Source of the DNA: Polymyxa betae A26-41
Lineage: Eukaryota; Protista; Endomyxa: Phytomyxea
Assembly: GCA_003693705.1 (NCBI GenBank)
Contig: RBZT01000572.1
Coordinates: forward strand, 1-37,335
Direction: 5' to 3'
DNA: 37,335 nt
Shown here: one piece after another, positions 21,001-33,563 of the stretch
Numbering within the stretch: position 1 is the first letter of the stretch
How the letters are laid out: each line of letters opens with the position of its first letter
Notes under the pieces: generated by a model
The model's input: only the letters and a program-made list of their open reading frames with translations
The model's database searches: none
What the model was told of the DNA's origin: nothing
Made by a program: the position numbers and the translations under genes

Positions 21001-22498
21001 TACTGGAGATAAATCAGATGTTTTTCAACTAATACCTTGAAATAATCTTCTTTTTGCGTCATCAGTTCAAAAGTCCGTAAAACTTTCCTCACTCTCCTCA
21101 TTGCAGTCCGAGCTGAATGTAACGTTATTGTAACGTTATTGTTGCGATAATTATCTGAGGCTGCTTTTCTTCCTGAGACTGCATGCAGATTAGGAACCGT
21201 ACTGTTCGATCCTCCCTAGGTCCTTTGTATTCACGACGTTGAATTTGCTCGAGATGGCGACTCTCCATGATTACTTTGTTGAGGACTTCGACAGCGATGA
21301 CAGCCTGGAAGATGACATTGATTTATCGGAAGAGCAAGAGTGGCAGTTTCTGACAACAGCCCAGATCCCGGAATACAGTGAACGAAATTAAACAAGTTTG
21401 CCTCAATGCCAAGCGAGTCGTATTCCCATCCGAACCCTTAATCTCAGCGAATATTCCAATTATTTTCTGGATAGCATCTGCTCCTATGTTTATGACGCTG
21501 CTCTAGCGGGAGCAGAAGTTGAAAACCCAGTAACTGGCGTTGATCTGATCAATTTTATTCGCACGCTGACACCTCTTTCTGTGTACCGATGCGCCCCAAC
21601 GAAGTTGTTCGACATCAAAAACAGCCATCTCTTCCAGATTGCACAGAAGCTTGACCATATCTCATTCAAGAAGACTTTGAAAGCCTTGAACAACCAACCA
21701 GCGCAATCTTCTGATTCTGCACGATGGAACTCGCGTTTTGTTGCTGATGAGTGCATTCGACGCACTGAAAGGGCCTTTTCCCAAGCGTCATCCCGCACTG
21801 CTTACGTTGTCCGGTCAGATAATAAATAATCTCCTTTGATGACGACCAATACCGAATACGATCTACTCTTTCTGAGGCAATGGGCTTTGTTCGGATCAAC
21901 AATCCTAAGAAAGCCTTCGGGATTGCTTCTAAAAATGCAGTTTCTTTGATAAGCTCAATGGTTATCGAAATGCGTTTGATCGGAAAAGGGGAAAGCTTTG
22001 ACGAGGTGGTTCGGATTATCTTAATGTGGATTCAAGGCGTTGATCTGTTATCCCAAGTTCGCGCATCGGGCGTGTTAATTTGCCTTGATCGAGGTTACCT
22101 AGGGCCATCTTTGATTGAGTTCCTTATGGATGCTGAGTTTTCACTTATCGGTACTCACAAACGCGTCAATTGTTATCCCTTCACCTTTGGAAACAAACGC
22201 AACCGACTGTCTCAACGGGTGGTCGAGGAAATTGGATGCAAGCAGCCATTGCATATAGATCTGACAAGGGTCGTGTTGCCACACTTATCTGCACAAACAC
22301 CCGCTGAGGTTACGTATGCACCTGAAAGTTTAGATATATCTTAGAGCCTGTTCCAAGTGCAAAAATGCGATAAAAAATGCGGTAATTAAAACAATGCGGT
22401 CCAGGTATGACATCCGAAAAGTGCTGAAATTGACTGTATATTAAATGAATAAATGAGATCGTGAGTCCTGCGAACTGCGTTGTGTGCAGTCGATAACA

Positions 22499-23161
22499 AT
22501 GTCGTCTCCAGATGTCCCTGAAGTTTCCCCAACGGTCGACGCGACGTCAGCAAGCGTTCCTGCTACTACGAAGCGAGGCAGGCCTGCGAAGACTGAAGAC
22601 AGCGCTCCGGATGTACAATGGTCAACGGAAATGGTTGAAATGATGCAGGAATTTCATCGAACTTTCTTCGTCGATTCGAAAAACAAAAATACGAATGCGA
22701 AAGGATGGAATCGAATCACAAGTGAGGTCAATAATACCTTCAATATGGACATATCTGTAGACAAAGTTAAGCGGAAGTACCAGGATGTGCAGCGGGCCAA
22801 TCGACAGCTGACGAATATCGACGAAAAATCAACTGGAAACGTACAACTTCCCAGGAAACCGGAATACTGGGACTCACTGGTATCTCATTTCGGCGGTAAT
22901 GAGGGTTCGGCCCACGATTGTCTCAACAGGGTAACTCCTCAAGTTGGCAAGGCTGAAGACTCTGGATCACCTACTAAGAATGGGTTCTTGGAAGTCGCAG
23001 GCGTTGCCCAAAAGGCGCCATCTGTACAAACAGTGGGGACCCCTCGGAGACCCAAGCGTGCTGTGAGCGAACCTGACGTCTCGATCGGCAAGAGATCAAG
23101 GAGGGCTTGCTTGGCATGGGCCAAATGCTTGCCTCAGCTTTGGCGGCTCCAAAAGAGGTAG
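22499..23161 (+). CDS. Myb/SANT-like (trihelix) Harbinger DNA-binding protein; 3' end probably frameshifted
   Basis: QWSTEMVE...KGWNRITSEVN...VDKVKRKYQDV...TGN...KPEYWD. Confidence 0.75.
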   Translation: MSSPDVPEVSPTVDATSASVPATTKRGRPAKTEDSAPDVQWSTEMVEMMQEFHRTFFVDSKNKNTNAKGWNRITSEVNNTFNMDISVDKVKRKYQDVQRANRQLTNIDEKSTGNVQLPRKPEYWDSLVSHFGGNEGSAHDCLNRVTPQVGKAEDSGSPTKNGFLEVAGVAQKAPSVQTVGTPRRPKRAVSEPDVSIGKRSRRACLAWAKCLPQLWRLQKR

Positions 23162-23299
23162 AACCGAGTAAGCTGGACAGCATCGGAGCCTTGCTGGAGC
23201 GGCAGGCTGTACAGACGGAAGAAACGAATAGTCGACCTTAGTGCAGAATTTAGCAAGCAAACAGTAGAATCAGTGATTGGAATAAAGATACGTTTTGAT

Positions 23300-24431
23300 C
23301 CGATCTCGTTTTCGTTTCCCTGCGTGCTCCTGCATTATGCTGGGAATCCCTGTATCCAGCTCTGGAATACAGCTGCAGACATTGTCATCATTGTTCTGTT
23401 GGTCCCGAAGATCAATCAGAATGTTATGCAAGATGAAGCACGCCTCAATATTTTTGCCATCTGCAATGTGGCAGATTCGCCGGTATCGAAGTGCACTTTC
23501 TGGCTGAGTTTGGTTTGGAAGATGCGGAAGCGATTCTTGATCATGCCAAATGCTCGTTCCACAGTAATTCTGGTCTTGGAATGCAGGTAGTTATAATGTG
23601 ATTCGTCAGCTGGAATATCATCTCGAACAAACATTCTGACAATTTGAACCCGGCGTCTCCAAGACCATGAAGTCTCTTTGGTAAAACTGAGCCGATTTCG
23701 GATCCGAATTTGGAATAATTCCAAATTGCCTTATCGTTCGCCGATCCTGGTCGGAGATCATAGCTGAGAATTCGAGCGCGGTGGTCAACTACTACGAGGG
23801 CGTTAATCGCAGGAAAGCCCTTGCGACAATACCATCCTTCGTATTCATATGGCCTTTCTATAGCAATTAGGCACCCATCAACTGCGAAGCAGCACCCTGG
23901 GAATCCAGCTATCTGCTCGAAACCTTCCGCAAGTTGTAGCCATTTTTGTTCGGTTTCAGGCATTTTTATGACTCGGGGACCCAGGCAGTGAAGGATGACA
24001 TTGACTACCTGCCAAAAAAATCTGTTAGCGGCTGACTTCCCATTCTACACAGTTTAGCTGCGTCGCTAAGCGATCCAGAATGCATCAGGTAGCATCGCGG
24101 GACAGATACTCTATCGTACCCAGAAAACTGTGTTGTCATTTAGAGGCTCGTTTATTCGCAGCCAATGTTGCTCAATAAGCTCAGCAATACTGTCGAAAGA
24201 TGGTTTGGTACAACGAAAACTATCGCGGAACCAGCCGTCATCGTAAATTGAGTAGGCATCTGCAATTCGGAACTGACTATGACGTTTGCTGAATTTTCTA
24301 CGAGGTGTAGGATTGTTACGACCATCTGAAGGACGCCTCATCGACCCTAGAGCCATTACAGCCCCACAGACAGCGATCGCGCTAGCCTGAACGGCGCCGA
24401 CCACTGAGATGTTTCCAGGGATTGTCATCAC
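23300..24431 (-). pseudogene. Harbinger transposase (DDE_Tnp_4), frameshifted
   Basis: FRDSFRCTKPSF; AVDGCLI; CRKGFPAIN; PGSAND; LGDAGF; HSKTRITVERAFGMIKNRFRI. Confidence 0.93.
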
Positions 24432-27239
24432 ATTTATTGAAAATCAGGTTGCAGAGCTCATTTCCAATAAATGCGATGCTAAAAATAGAGCGCAAATTTG
24501 ATTGGAGGGTTGCTCATTTATTTTCCGCATTTTTTCACTTGGAACAAGCTCTTATACTCTGTAGAGGTTTGGGTGTATCGAGCGAAGCCTTCTGACAGCT
24601 TACCTGATAGCGACATTCCTTTGGAGCTGGTTTACATCTCGTTGGATCAGAACACTGCCGCGCTGACATCGTCCCAGGGAGGCTTCGAATGGCATGTTGT
24701 CAGTGCAGGAGCATCTTTAATCACTTCAACCGTAGCTCAGGAAGCTCTGATTTACTTTTATGTCGAATGCTTCAGCGGAAGAAGCCGCACTATTTCCCGC
24801 TCTCGGCATGGACATATCCTCGTCATCTGCGGAATCAACAGAAGACTCAGCTTCTCTGCGGAACAGATCCTTGTCCCAGTTGAAAGCTCAGTTAAGGCAA
24901 TTGGGTTTGCCGCTCACCGGCAACAAAGATTTGCTGATTGATCGCTTGAATGCTCCTGCTCGGTCTAATTACAGCGTTGTCAACAATCTGATGAAGAAGT
25001 GGTTCATGAAGCCCCTAAACAACTCTTTTGTCAATTTAGGTAGTGCCAACGAGATTAAAAATTTTGCATGCGCTAACAACTTTCTTCGTACAGCGCGGGG
25101 AGGAATGTAATATGCTCATTGGCACACCGGAACAACGAGGTTTACTTCTACAGAAGACGCGTTCAACCAGTTCTCATCTTGCGACATCCATCGATGGTTG
25201 TGCTGTCTTCAAGGACACGAACACCAGTCCCGCAATCGATTTCGCAGTGATTCTGGATTTTAAACTGCGACAGCTTCTTCAACGCAATCTGAAGCGGCTG
25301 TTAGGGTGGCGTTTGCCCCAGCAAGGGCCCGACAGCTAAACAAAGTGGTATTTCGAACGGAATTTAGAAGCTACATGCTTAAAGCCCTTGTTTGGACACC
25401 TCCATATCGGTCACAAATCCTACATCACGTATCTGTCACAGGAATGCGATGCTGTTTGTTTGTTGTTGCCAGTTTGACCTCAATCGTTTATGCATTGTTT
25501 GTTGATTTCTCCCAGAACTGCCTCTGTTATATTCCAACTTCCTTCAACGAATGTCGTACACAGCCTTGGAGGCATTTCTCAATGAGCCAGGGAACTTTCT
25601 AACTGGGGCCGACGATTTTCGGACGCGCTGTTGACATCGAAACTCTACAAACATGGCAAAAGTTGGCTAGGGCAATCAGGAATGAACTTATCCGCCGCCC
25701 AGCATCTGATATTGGTCCATATTGCGTGTCGAAATGGAACCATTGCAAAGGAGGGCAAGATGTCTGCTCCAGAATTCTGAAGAGCGTCAAGGTTGATTTC
25801 AGAAAGTTACGACCGCGTGCATTCATCTTCATCCGCTTTCTCATGCCTGCTTTGATGAACGCCCATATGCTGTTACGCCTGATCGAGATCGAACCCCATT
25901 TGGAGCGATTTCTGTCATATCAAGAACTGAAGGCAGCCTTGAGTGACCGAAGAACGATTTGGGAATTCCTGCGCGATTTCATTGACAATTGGGTTCCTTC
26001 ACTGTCTTTTATTCGCAGAGAGTCGGACGTTGGTTCCGTCCGTCAAACTGCCGAAGATCCTGTAGCGAGAATGAATTCCAGCCTTGCTAGGACGCCTAAG
26101 CGAAACATTCTCAGATGGCTCCAATCTAATGAAGGCAAACGTCTCCGATTATCTGCGGAACAGCATCAACGTGGTTCCAGAAAGAGGCGCAACTGCCCGG
26201 TGTGTCATACGCAAACCACTGTTTACTGTAAGACATGTGACATCAATGTTTGCGCCCAACTGGCATATGGAGCGAGACAAACTTGTTGGGAGAAGGTCCA
26301 CACAAGTCCAAATCTTATTGCCATCCATAAACAGGTCCGATCCGGCGAGAACAGACGGAGAGGACGCTCGAATTCACTTGATCCATAGATGGTATATTAT
26401 ACCATATAAGGTTTTTGATACGGGGTTTTCCCTATAAAAAGTCCCTGGAAATGTGTTGCGTTCGTATCGAAAAAAGACGTCACAAGTAGTCAAAATACGG
26501 ATATTTTTTGTTTTTGGAAAGTCAGTGACAAGAGCGAGAGCGTTTTCTAAGAAGTTTTTTACTAAAAACCGCTCGGTCCCGATTGGTGGGGCTCCAAATC
26601 CTTGCATGGACGGAGTCCGTTCGGGGTTAACACGGAACGAATTGCGTGAGCGGCCCAAACTACGATGGCGACGACGCTTTCGGCTGCGATCACGAGAACA
26701 ACTGTTAACATGGCTGGAACTGCTTTCAAACGACATAGTGAGCGGCGATCTAGATCCGCAAGCGAAAAACCTAAGTGTTAGATTTATAAATGGCACGCAT
26801 GATGGCATGCATTGGTAACCCCCAAAGGAGACCGTGTCTGCACTCTGCTCTCAACCCGTACCCGCGCTTGGGCAGCAAGTAACTAGAGTGCACACTGTAC
26901 AAAGAAACATTTCTGCGCGACTGTATAAGAAAATGTGCGAGACGGGCTCGCGCACGCCTAGAAATATTAACCGGATAAATTGATGATTTACCACAAGTTT
27001 ATAATTTCACGCTGACGTATATTTTCGCTTATACGAACGTAATCGTGATACATTGCATCAGCAATCTGGTCGCGCAAACGTTTGCCATCGGATTGATCCG
27101 GAAGATCCACCGCTACCCGTTCTTCCAACTTACCTTCCCGTTGGTTTCTTTAAGCTCTCTTTCGGATTCGGCCTGAATTTTTTCGCTGGCGCGAGTATTC
27201 AGGCGGATAAAATTGCTGGCTGTGCACAGAACAGTAACT

Positions 27240-27925
27240 AAATCTCTCTGGAAGTCGATGCTGTAGCCGGCCGGGTTGGTTAGCACAGGGAAACGATTTT
27301 TTCACACACCAAAAACCCTTTCAACTTCGTTGCGAGCACTGGCATGTCTCAGATTGAATAGAATCTTTACGTTCTGGGGTCTATGGGATATAGTTTCATG
27401 TGCAGATCTGTTGCAAAAAACCTGTTCACTCACCAAGTGGAGCCCTGCTGCCATTCCTTCAAGTGATATCGTACGCCTCTATACGGAGTGAACACGGTTT
27501 TCGTCAATTTAAACTCAGAGCCTGCCAAATCGAACTTTCCTACGTCAAGAAGTCTGTGAGCCTGGAAACCAGAGCAGAGTGTTGAACCAATGCAAACAGT
27601 GTATTTATTTTGCAAGGCGACAGCCATCAGCTGCCCATCAGCAGCAGCTCCCTCCCACCCCGAAAGGACATAGCTGAAAATCAAGTTGAAATCGCAAGCA
27701 GCTTGAACTTTTTGTGTAATCCTCTTGCGACCACGGAAGCGATCTGTATCTTCGACGACAACAGCAATCGGCAGATGGGCCCCGTCATCCGCCTTTCGAC
27801 AGTTACCAAATATGGATAGAATTTAGGATTTCGCTTGATTTTGGAAGGCATTGGACAGCTTTCGTGTGGGATTCGAATATTTAGGGGGAGTTTGACCAAA
27901 GCTTTTAGAACCCTGTGCAAGTGCT
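27240..27925 (-). pseudogene. PIF-type transposase remnant (catalytic part)
   Basis: KFYPY, DGTH, YVLSGWEGAAAD, TPYRGVRYHLKEW, FNLRHASARNEVERVFG. Confidence 0.9.
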
Positions 27926-27927
27926 TA

Positions 27928-30900
27928 CCGTAGGGCACACTATAACCACCGGTACACAAGGAAAACCGTCGATGTGTAGCGTAACATTGCGTGCTAAAAA
28001 ATTTAGGATTGTTGGTATTGTGTTCCCTGGTTTCATGCTGCTGGTCACAGAGTAACGTAAAAATTCATACCACCTACAGTACTGTAGGTATTTATTGCAA
28101 TTTAACCAGTTGGTTAGCGCTGTTCATGTGCGAATACACAGCATTCTCGCTGACTGAGCTCAGGTGCCTTTCAAACGCCTGATCGCCTTCGGACCAAGGG
28201 TCTTGCCCACACTGATCAAAAGTTCGTGCAATCCACCGACGACGCACATTCTGATCGTTGATTTCATCGAACGCCGACTCGATCATTTCAACGAGATTTT
28301 CTCTCGGAACAGCTAGATCGCGACCTGGCAGCTCCGACGCAGTTTTGTCCTTGATCGACTCATTGCGATATTTAAAGTGCTCCTACTTGATCAGTGCTTT
28401 GAGAGGCTTGTTCACGGAAATGTCGCATACCTGATGAACTGATGTCATTCCCTCCTGGATATATTCGAAGAATATTTTCGAATACGAGTCGGAAGAGTGG
28501 TTTTCCTCAAGCCATTCGGTAATTATTTTTCCGTAATGAGTTGTCGAGCGGTCGACGACGAGTCGGAGTCGCTTTCCTGGGAACATGTTTTGCAGCACCC
28601 CCAGATACTGTATGAAGGTATACTGGTTCGTCAGGTAGTGCTTGTTACAGATCACTGTTGATTTTGTATAGAGTCGCCATTGCGTCATGAGGTCGGCTAC
28701 AAACTCCCCAGTGTCGATGATAAAAGGGGGCAGCAAACTCGACGACAGTAATGACGCTGTAACCGTTACTGTCACCCCCCTTTTTCTCATTTTCTTCAGC
28801 AACAAGAGATCCGACCCGTTTCGTTCCGGTCGGGACCGCGGGAATCCTGCATCTTTGGCGGAGCTAACTACAGCTTAGGAATCCAATTTGGTGATCAAAA
28901 AGATACCCAGGTTTTCAAATGGTCGTCAGCAAAGACCATCATTTACGGGTATGGTTACGTCGCGTTCTTGAACGAATGCGATACTCTGAACGACTGTGTA
29001 CAATTTCACAGAAATTGCCCACAGATTGGATGACTGTCGCCAAAACCACATCAGCGCGCATCCGCCATGCTGGAATCCATCTAATGTAGATAATGTTCTT
29101 AGCGCGGATGAGACATTCGTTCAATTTTACTGTTCTGATGGCGTTCAAATCGTGTTTGGATCATTTTCTTGGCAAATTCGGTCTGTTCTTCATACTTGAT
29201 GGGAGGGGTGAGTTTGCAGTCTTTGCCTGCGTTGGGAATCCGATGTCGCATATTACCGACATAAAATTGAGTCGGTCTTCTTAGCAACAATTGAGAGCTT
29301 CTCTGCCGATATTGATCCTGAACAAAAGGTTAGTTGCTATGGTTTTATCTAATGTTGTTTACCTGTTTTGAAAACCAAACGTTGCTGCTGTTTTTAAAAG
29401 ATCAAGGAGCTTCGATGTTGAAACGAATTTCTTCAATATATTGTCTGAGATTTTGCTGTCAGGATCGCCCTTTTCGAAGATAAACTGTTTGGCTTTTGGG
29501 ATCATCCCAACAATATCTTTTTCATCATGCATGTTGCCAGTTCGATCCATTTATAAATATTTTCCTTCCGAAACCAGTTGCGAACTGTTTCTGGACGAAC
29601 AACGATTCCAAACACATCGTCGAACATGGTAAAGTTACTTGCACCAAGGTCACTGTGTAAATGAAATGTAACGAGTCGTGCGCGTAATTGCCAACTCAGC
29701 TCCTTGTGGCGAGAAGATGGCAAGGTACTACTTGTCATCATTGCTGCATTCGTGATGCTAAGTTGCTCCTCAACACTGTCGATCATGTTGGACAACAAGT
29801 CCATTATAATTTCACCGGAATGTCTATCAGATTGACGCTCGGAAAGCTCGGTGCGACGGCGACGCTCTTCAGTACAAGCTGTGTCGATTCTCGCGGCTGC
29901 AATGGGATTGACTCCTGACATTGCCGACCATTGAATTGCCTTGGCAATGTGTTTATTATATTCCGCTAATCGCTGCCGAGTCATCGGTTTGCTGTTGGGC
30001 TTCTTTTTTATCGCCCGATTGTTGATAACAGAAAGGCCCTTTCGCTTTGCTGCAGCTGATGTAGGTTTCTGAAACCACTCCAGAATCGATGGCTGCTTTA
30101 TCGTTTTTGACGCTCTTTGTTTCGATCTTCTTCAGAACTGGGGACTCAGTTGGCAATAATGCCTGAACCAGGGTGTTTCTTCTAATAGACGGTATCAATA
30201 ACGCAAAATGATTGAGCCTAATGGAATAAAGCGGCGGTACTGGTGTCAGCGGCCGCATATGCAGATGATGGTAAATGTACAATCAGAGTTCCGTTGTCAT
30301 AGCTTGGACAGTTATGTGATGATTTAAGAATGTTGCACTCGAGAATGTTTCAATACCCGTTGAATTATTTGAAACAGCAACGACATCGATCTCGAATACC
30401 AACGACAGCACGACCATCTCAAAGTTTTCAGCATATGTCCCCAGTCTACTTATTCCATTAACAGCAGTGACAAAAGCGACAGGTCCTGTTTGTTCTGGCT
30501 TTGCAAGCAGCTCATAAACTTTTCTGCCACAGCCCGTCCCTTTCCCATTGCGAAATTGTATATCATTCGGCGTATCGAAGCGACATCGTTCATCGGAACG
30601 AGTGGCGACAATGCTGCACAATGGAAAAAGCAGTTTCCGTCTCCAAAAAACGTCTCGAGGAATAAATGTTTTCCCTCCATACTCAAACAAGGTGAGCTTC
30701 GACCAACTCATTGAAATAGGATTTCTAACAAAAAACAATGTATTCAATGAACGAAAATATAAGAGAAGTCAGCGACGACGGAGCCCGCTTGTAACGACGA
30801 CAGAGTCGCGATGCCCAGCTCTTTGCCTTCCCAGAGATTGCTCGGCCTGGTCGTGCTGTGCAAGGATGTTGATATTGTGTGCTCAAAAAAGGCCCTCGTG

Positions 30901-30967
30901 GCGAAGTTACGTGACCAGCCTTTCGAATGGTGATATTAAAACCGTGTAGTTATAGTGTGCCCTACGG
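27928..30967 (-). mobile_element. pogo-family transposon, 3040 bp, carrying an OTU protease domain
   Basis: Perfect 19-bp TIRs CCGTAGGGCACACTATAAC / GTTATAGTGTGCCCTACGG; TA on both sides (27926-27927, 30968-30969). Confidence 0.9.
28092..30747 (-). pseudogene. OTU-like cysteine protease plus pogo HTH/DDE_1 transposase; frameshifted, with an internal inversion
   Basis: GDGNCFF (~30640); GTYAENFEMVVLS; NHFALL; inverted WLRRVLER..TISQKLPTDW and SADETF; PTGTKRVG; LVVDRSTTH; GMTSVHQVCDISVNKPLK. Confidence 0.8.
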
Positions 30968-30969
30968 TA

Positions 30970-31390
30970 TACTATTCTCATTAGCGATGCTAAGTAAACC
31001 ATTTTATCGACAATACCGGCTTATCGCCGCACAAAAATGCTGGAAACGGCATTGCAATCCCCTAATTTGCGTTGCTTTGTGCCCAGCGAAAAAGAAAAAT
31101 TGCTAGTATTTCTTCACACTGAACGTTTCTGGTTGGCACATGCCCACCAGCAGTCTGAAGCTCTATGGCAAGCCGTCGAAAAATATCGCTGCTCATTGGA
31201 AACTGTTCAACTGGCTGTTCGGGATGGCCCGACCACGTATTGTGGACAAAACGAGCTCCTGGAAGATCCTGTTTGTATTTTGGATTCCTCGTTAAGAATG
31301 TATCCGCACACAAGGCTTCAGTTCTTAAAGCAGCTTGAGTTCCGTCGCTGACGGTGAACAAGGAAATCTCGGATAATGTTTCTTGCATCC
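30970..31390 (-). pseudogene. PIF-type transposase N-terminal remnant
   Basis: SGHPEQ..QFPMSSDIFRRL...TRNVQCEEILAIFLF...RGLQCRFQH..ISRY. Confidence 0.75.
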
Positions 31391-31433
31391 ATTTTGAAAT
31401 TTCCGCCGCAATGTGTGTAGTATGGTTGTCTCA

Positions 31434-31534
31434 NNNNNNNNNNNNNNNNNNNNNNNNNNNNNNNNNNNNNNNNNNNNNNNNNNNNNNNNNNNNNNNNNNN
31501 NNNNNNNNNNNNNNNNNNNNNNNNNNNNNNNNNN
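31434..31534. other. Assembly gap (N run)
   Basis: 101 N. Confidence 0.99.
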
Positions 31535-31639
31535 TCGCCACTGGGGGCCCAGTGGCGTCGGAAACTGCGTGAGTCCGGACACCGGAAGCCCAGAACTACC
31601 CTGGTCGGCCTGGACGAGACCTTGGGGCCTGGAATCTAA

Positions 31640-32220
31640 TTCTACTAAATCATAATTCAATTGTGCTCTCAACTGTAAAGTCTTTGTTCGAAGGAGACCA
31701 ACGACACATGGGTATCCTCGTCGTCACTGCCTTAACTGGCAGGGTATCACTACTCCCGACGGTATTATCGTCAGTATGTTTGGTCCTGTAGAAGGTCAAA
31801 GACATGATTCTACAATGCTGGCAGAAAGTGCCATACTTCAACTGTTTCGATCTCATCCGGGCAAAATATTCGACGTCAAGTGTATATATGGCGATCCTGC
31901 CTATATTTGGATGCTCAGATTATGTATGTTGCCCATTCCCAATGGCAGAACCTGGATTGAAGGAAGCTGCCTTTAATGCCAATATGAGTTCTGTTAGAGA
32001 ATCAGTAGAATGGAGTTTTGGGCGTCTGAAAAGTTTGTGGGCATTTCTACAGTTTGATAAGAAAATGAGAGTACGTCAGACGCCGATCGGAAAAATGTGG
32101 CTTGTCGCAGTTCTGTTGACGAACTGCCACACATGCATGCAGAGCAAAGGAAATCAAATCTCAATGTATTTCAAGATCCGTCCACCTTCAATAGAGGAGC
32201 TGTTGGGTCTTCAGGAGTAG
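31640..32220 (+). pseudogene. Harbinger transposase C-terminal half
   Basis: HCLNWQGITTPDG; GPVEGQRHD; IYGDPAY; MSSVRESVEWSFG; LLTNCH. Confidence 0.9.
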
Positions 32221-32252
32221 TGACGACACTGATATCAACAATAAACATCCAG

Positions 32253-33237
32253 CTATTGTTTATTGGTACGGCAGTTTCTCAGCGAGCTTGAATATGAGTT
32301 CGTCACGGCGACGGTCGTTTTCCTGGCGGCGATCTGCCTCGCGGCGATCAAACTCCAGACGCTGAGCCATAAGTTAGAGTTTCTCACTCTCATTTTTTCC
32401 ATTTTGGCAGCGCTCTCTGTTATAAACGAGAGCATCGCCTGTATCGGGGATCCCCGCAATTTCCATTTGCGGCCCGCACGGTTTTTTGGTTTTGGAATAT
32501 TTTTCGAAGATGGTCGCCCTCGGTATCATCGACCTCATCGCAGTCGTCCAATGTGACGTACTACCCCATTGCGCATCGCCGGAGGTGATCGCCTGACGAC
32601 TTTATAGCCTCGGCCTTCTTATTGTCCTTGGCGCTGACTTCGGCTGCGCATTCGGTGTGATCAGTCATGCGACTGTCGATGTTTTCGAGAAGCAATTCTC
32701 TTTCATTGTACTCCTCGGTAACTCCTGATTCCCTCAGAGCTGCTTGGCTGTTATCCTTGAACAAGCCCAGGATCTTTCCGAACCTTGTTTTGCAGCCAAG
32801 GCCATCGCGCTTGACTCCAAAACCGCTGGTATTGGAGAGCTGATTCGCTATATCTTTCCAAACTTGCATTGTTTTCCCTCTACCGCATTCCCCATATGGT
32901 GCAAAACGATTCACAGCTTCTAGCAAAGGATATCGTCAGCATAGCAAAACTGACTTCGCTGAGCTTTTCCTCTTTGCGAGATGGGGGTTGCTTGTTGGGG
33001 ACTGTTGGGGGATGCAAAAAACCCATCCGGCATGGGCCGGCTGCAGTTCTCATTATTAGTGGATAGGGAATTTGCTGCAACGTTCATTTGGTGCTGATGG
33101 GTATCATTTTCAGACAAGGTTGCTAATTGAGAGGATGGCTTTTCAGGCACGATCGCGAGAGGACGTTCCGGCACGAGCACAACTCGACGAAATTGCTGAG
33201 GCGTCGATACAAGTTTCCTCGAATTCATCGAAACCAA
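32253..33237 (-). pseudogene. Myb-like Harbinger accessory protein, convergent with 31640-32220
   Basis: DDIL.LEAV...QVWKDIANQL...GCKTRF...SGVTEEYNERELLL. Confidence 0.7.
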
Positions 33238-33563
33238 TAAAAAATTTATAATAAATCTAAAGTGCTGTCGTCTCGTCTCGTCTGTGTGGCTGAGGGTACC
33301 TTCAGCGTACTGGTCCTACCTCTGACGACGCTGTGACTGGCGAAACTTAACGGTATGAGGTTATTGAGTAAAGGGCTGCGTTTTCTCAACAACCGTTGAG
33401 TTTGAGTTTCAGCGGCCTCACCCTTCGACTCTGTGACAGCTGCATCGAATGAAACCGAAATTCAAACGCAAACTCAATAGCGCTTCAAAAGTTCACTAAT
33501 TCGGTGACTGGACGGTTTTGAGTTTCAGTTTCGCTATTCGTACCTCGGTCCTCGTACGATCCC

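Larger units (their letters stand above)
22344..24551. mobile_element. Complete-length PIF/Harbinger element, 2.2 kb
   Basis: TIRs GAGCCTGTTCCAAGTGCAAAAATGCG / CGCATTTTTTCACTTGGAACAAGCTC; TSD TTA at 22341-22343 and 24552-24554; two convergent ORFs. Confidence 0.93.
21254..26388 (+). pseudogene. piggyBac-like transposase with YqaJ and SAP (copy 2, divergent), split by a Harbinger insertion
   Basis: D1 SFDDDQYR (~21835), NNPKKAFG, D2 CLDRGY (22081), SQGGFEW..ITS (~24670-24730), SAP LSQLKAQLRQLGLPLTGNKDLLIDRL, GSANE, ATSIDG, LDFK, YRSQILHH, D3 WNHCKGGQD (~25735-25762), Cys-rich CPVC..YCKTCDINVC..CWEKVH. Confidence 0.85.

Noticed and set aside
26410-27240. Short ORFs and possible MITE between piggyBac copy 2 and the PIF remnant
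   Set aside because: No recognisable motif, TIR pair or TSD could be established by eye.
31536-31557. GC-rich hairpin as a possible Helitron 3' end
   Set aside because: No CTRR terminus at the expected distance, and it abuts an assembly gap.
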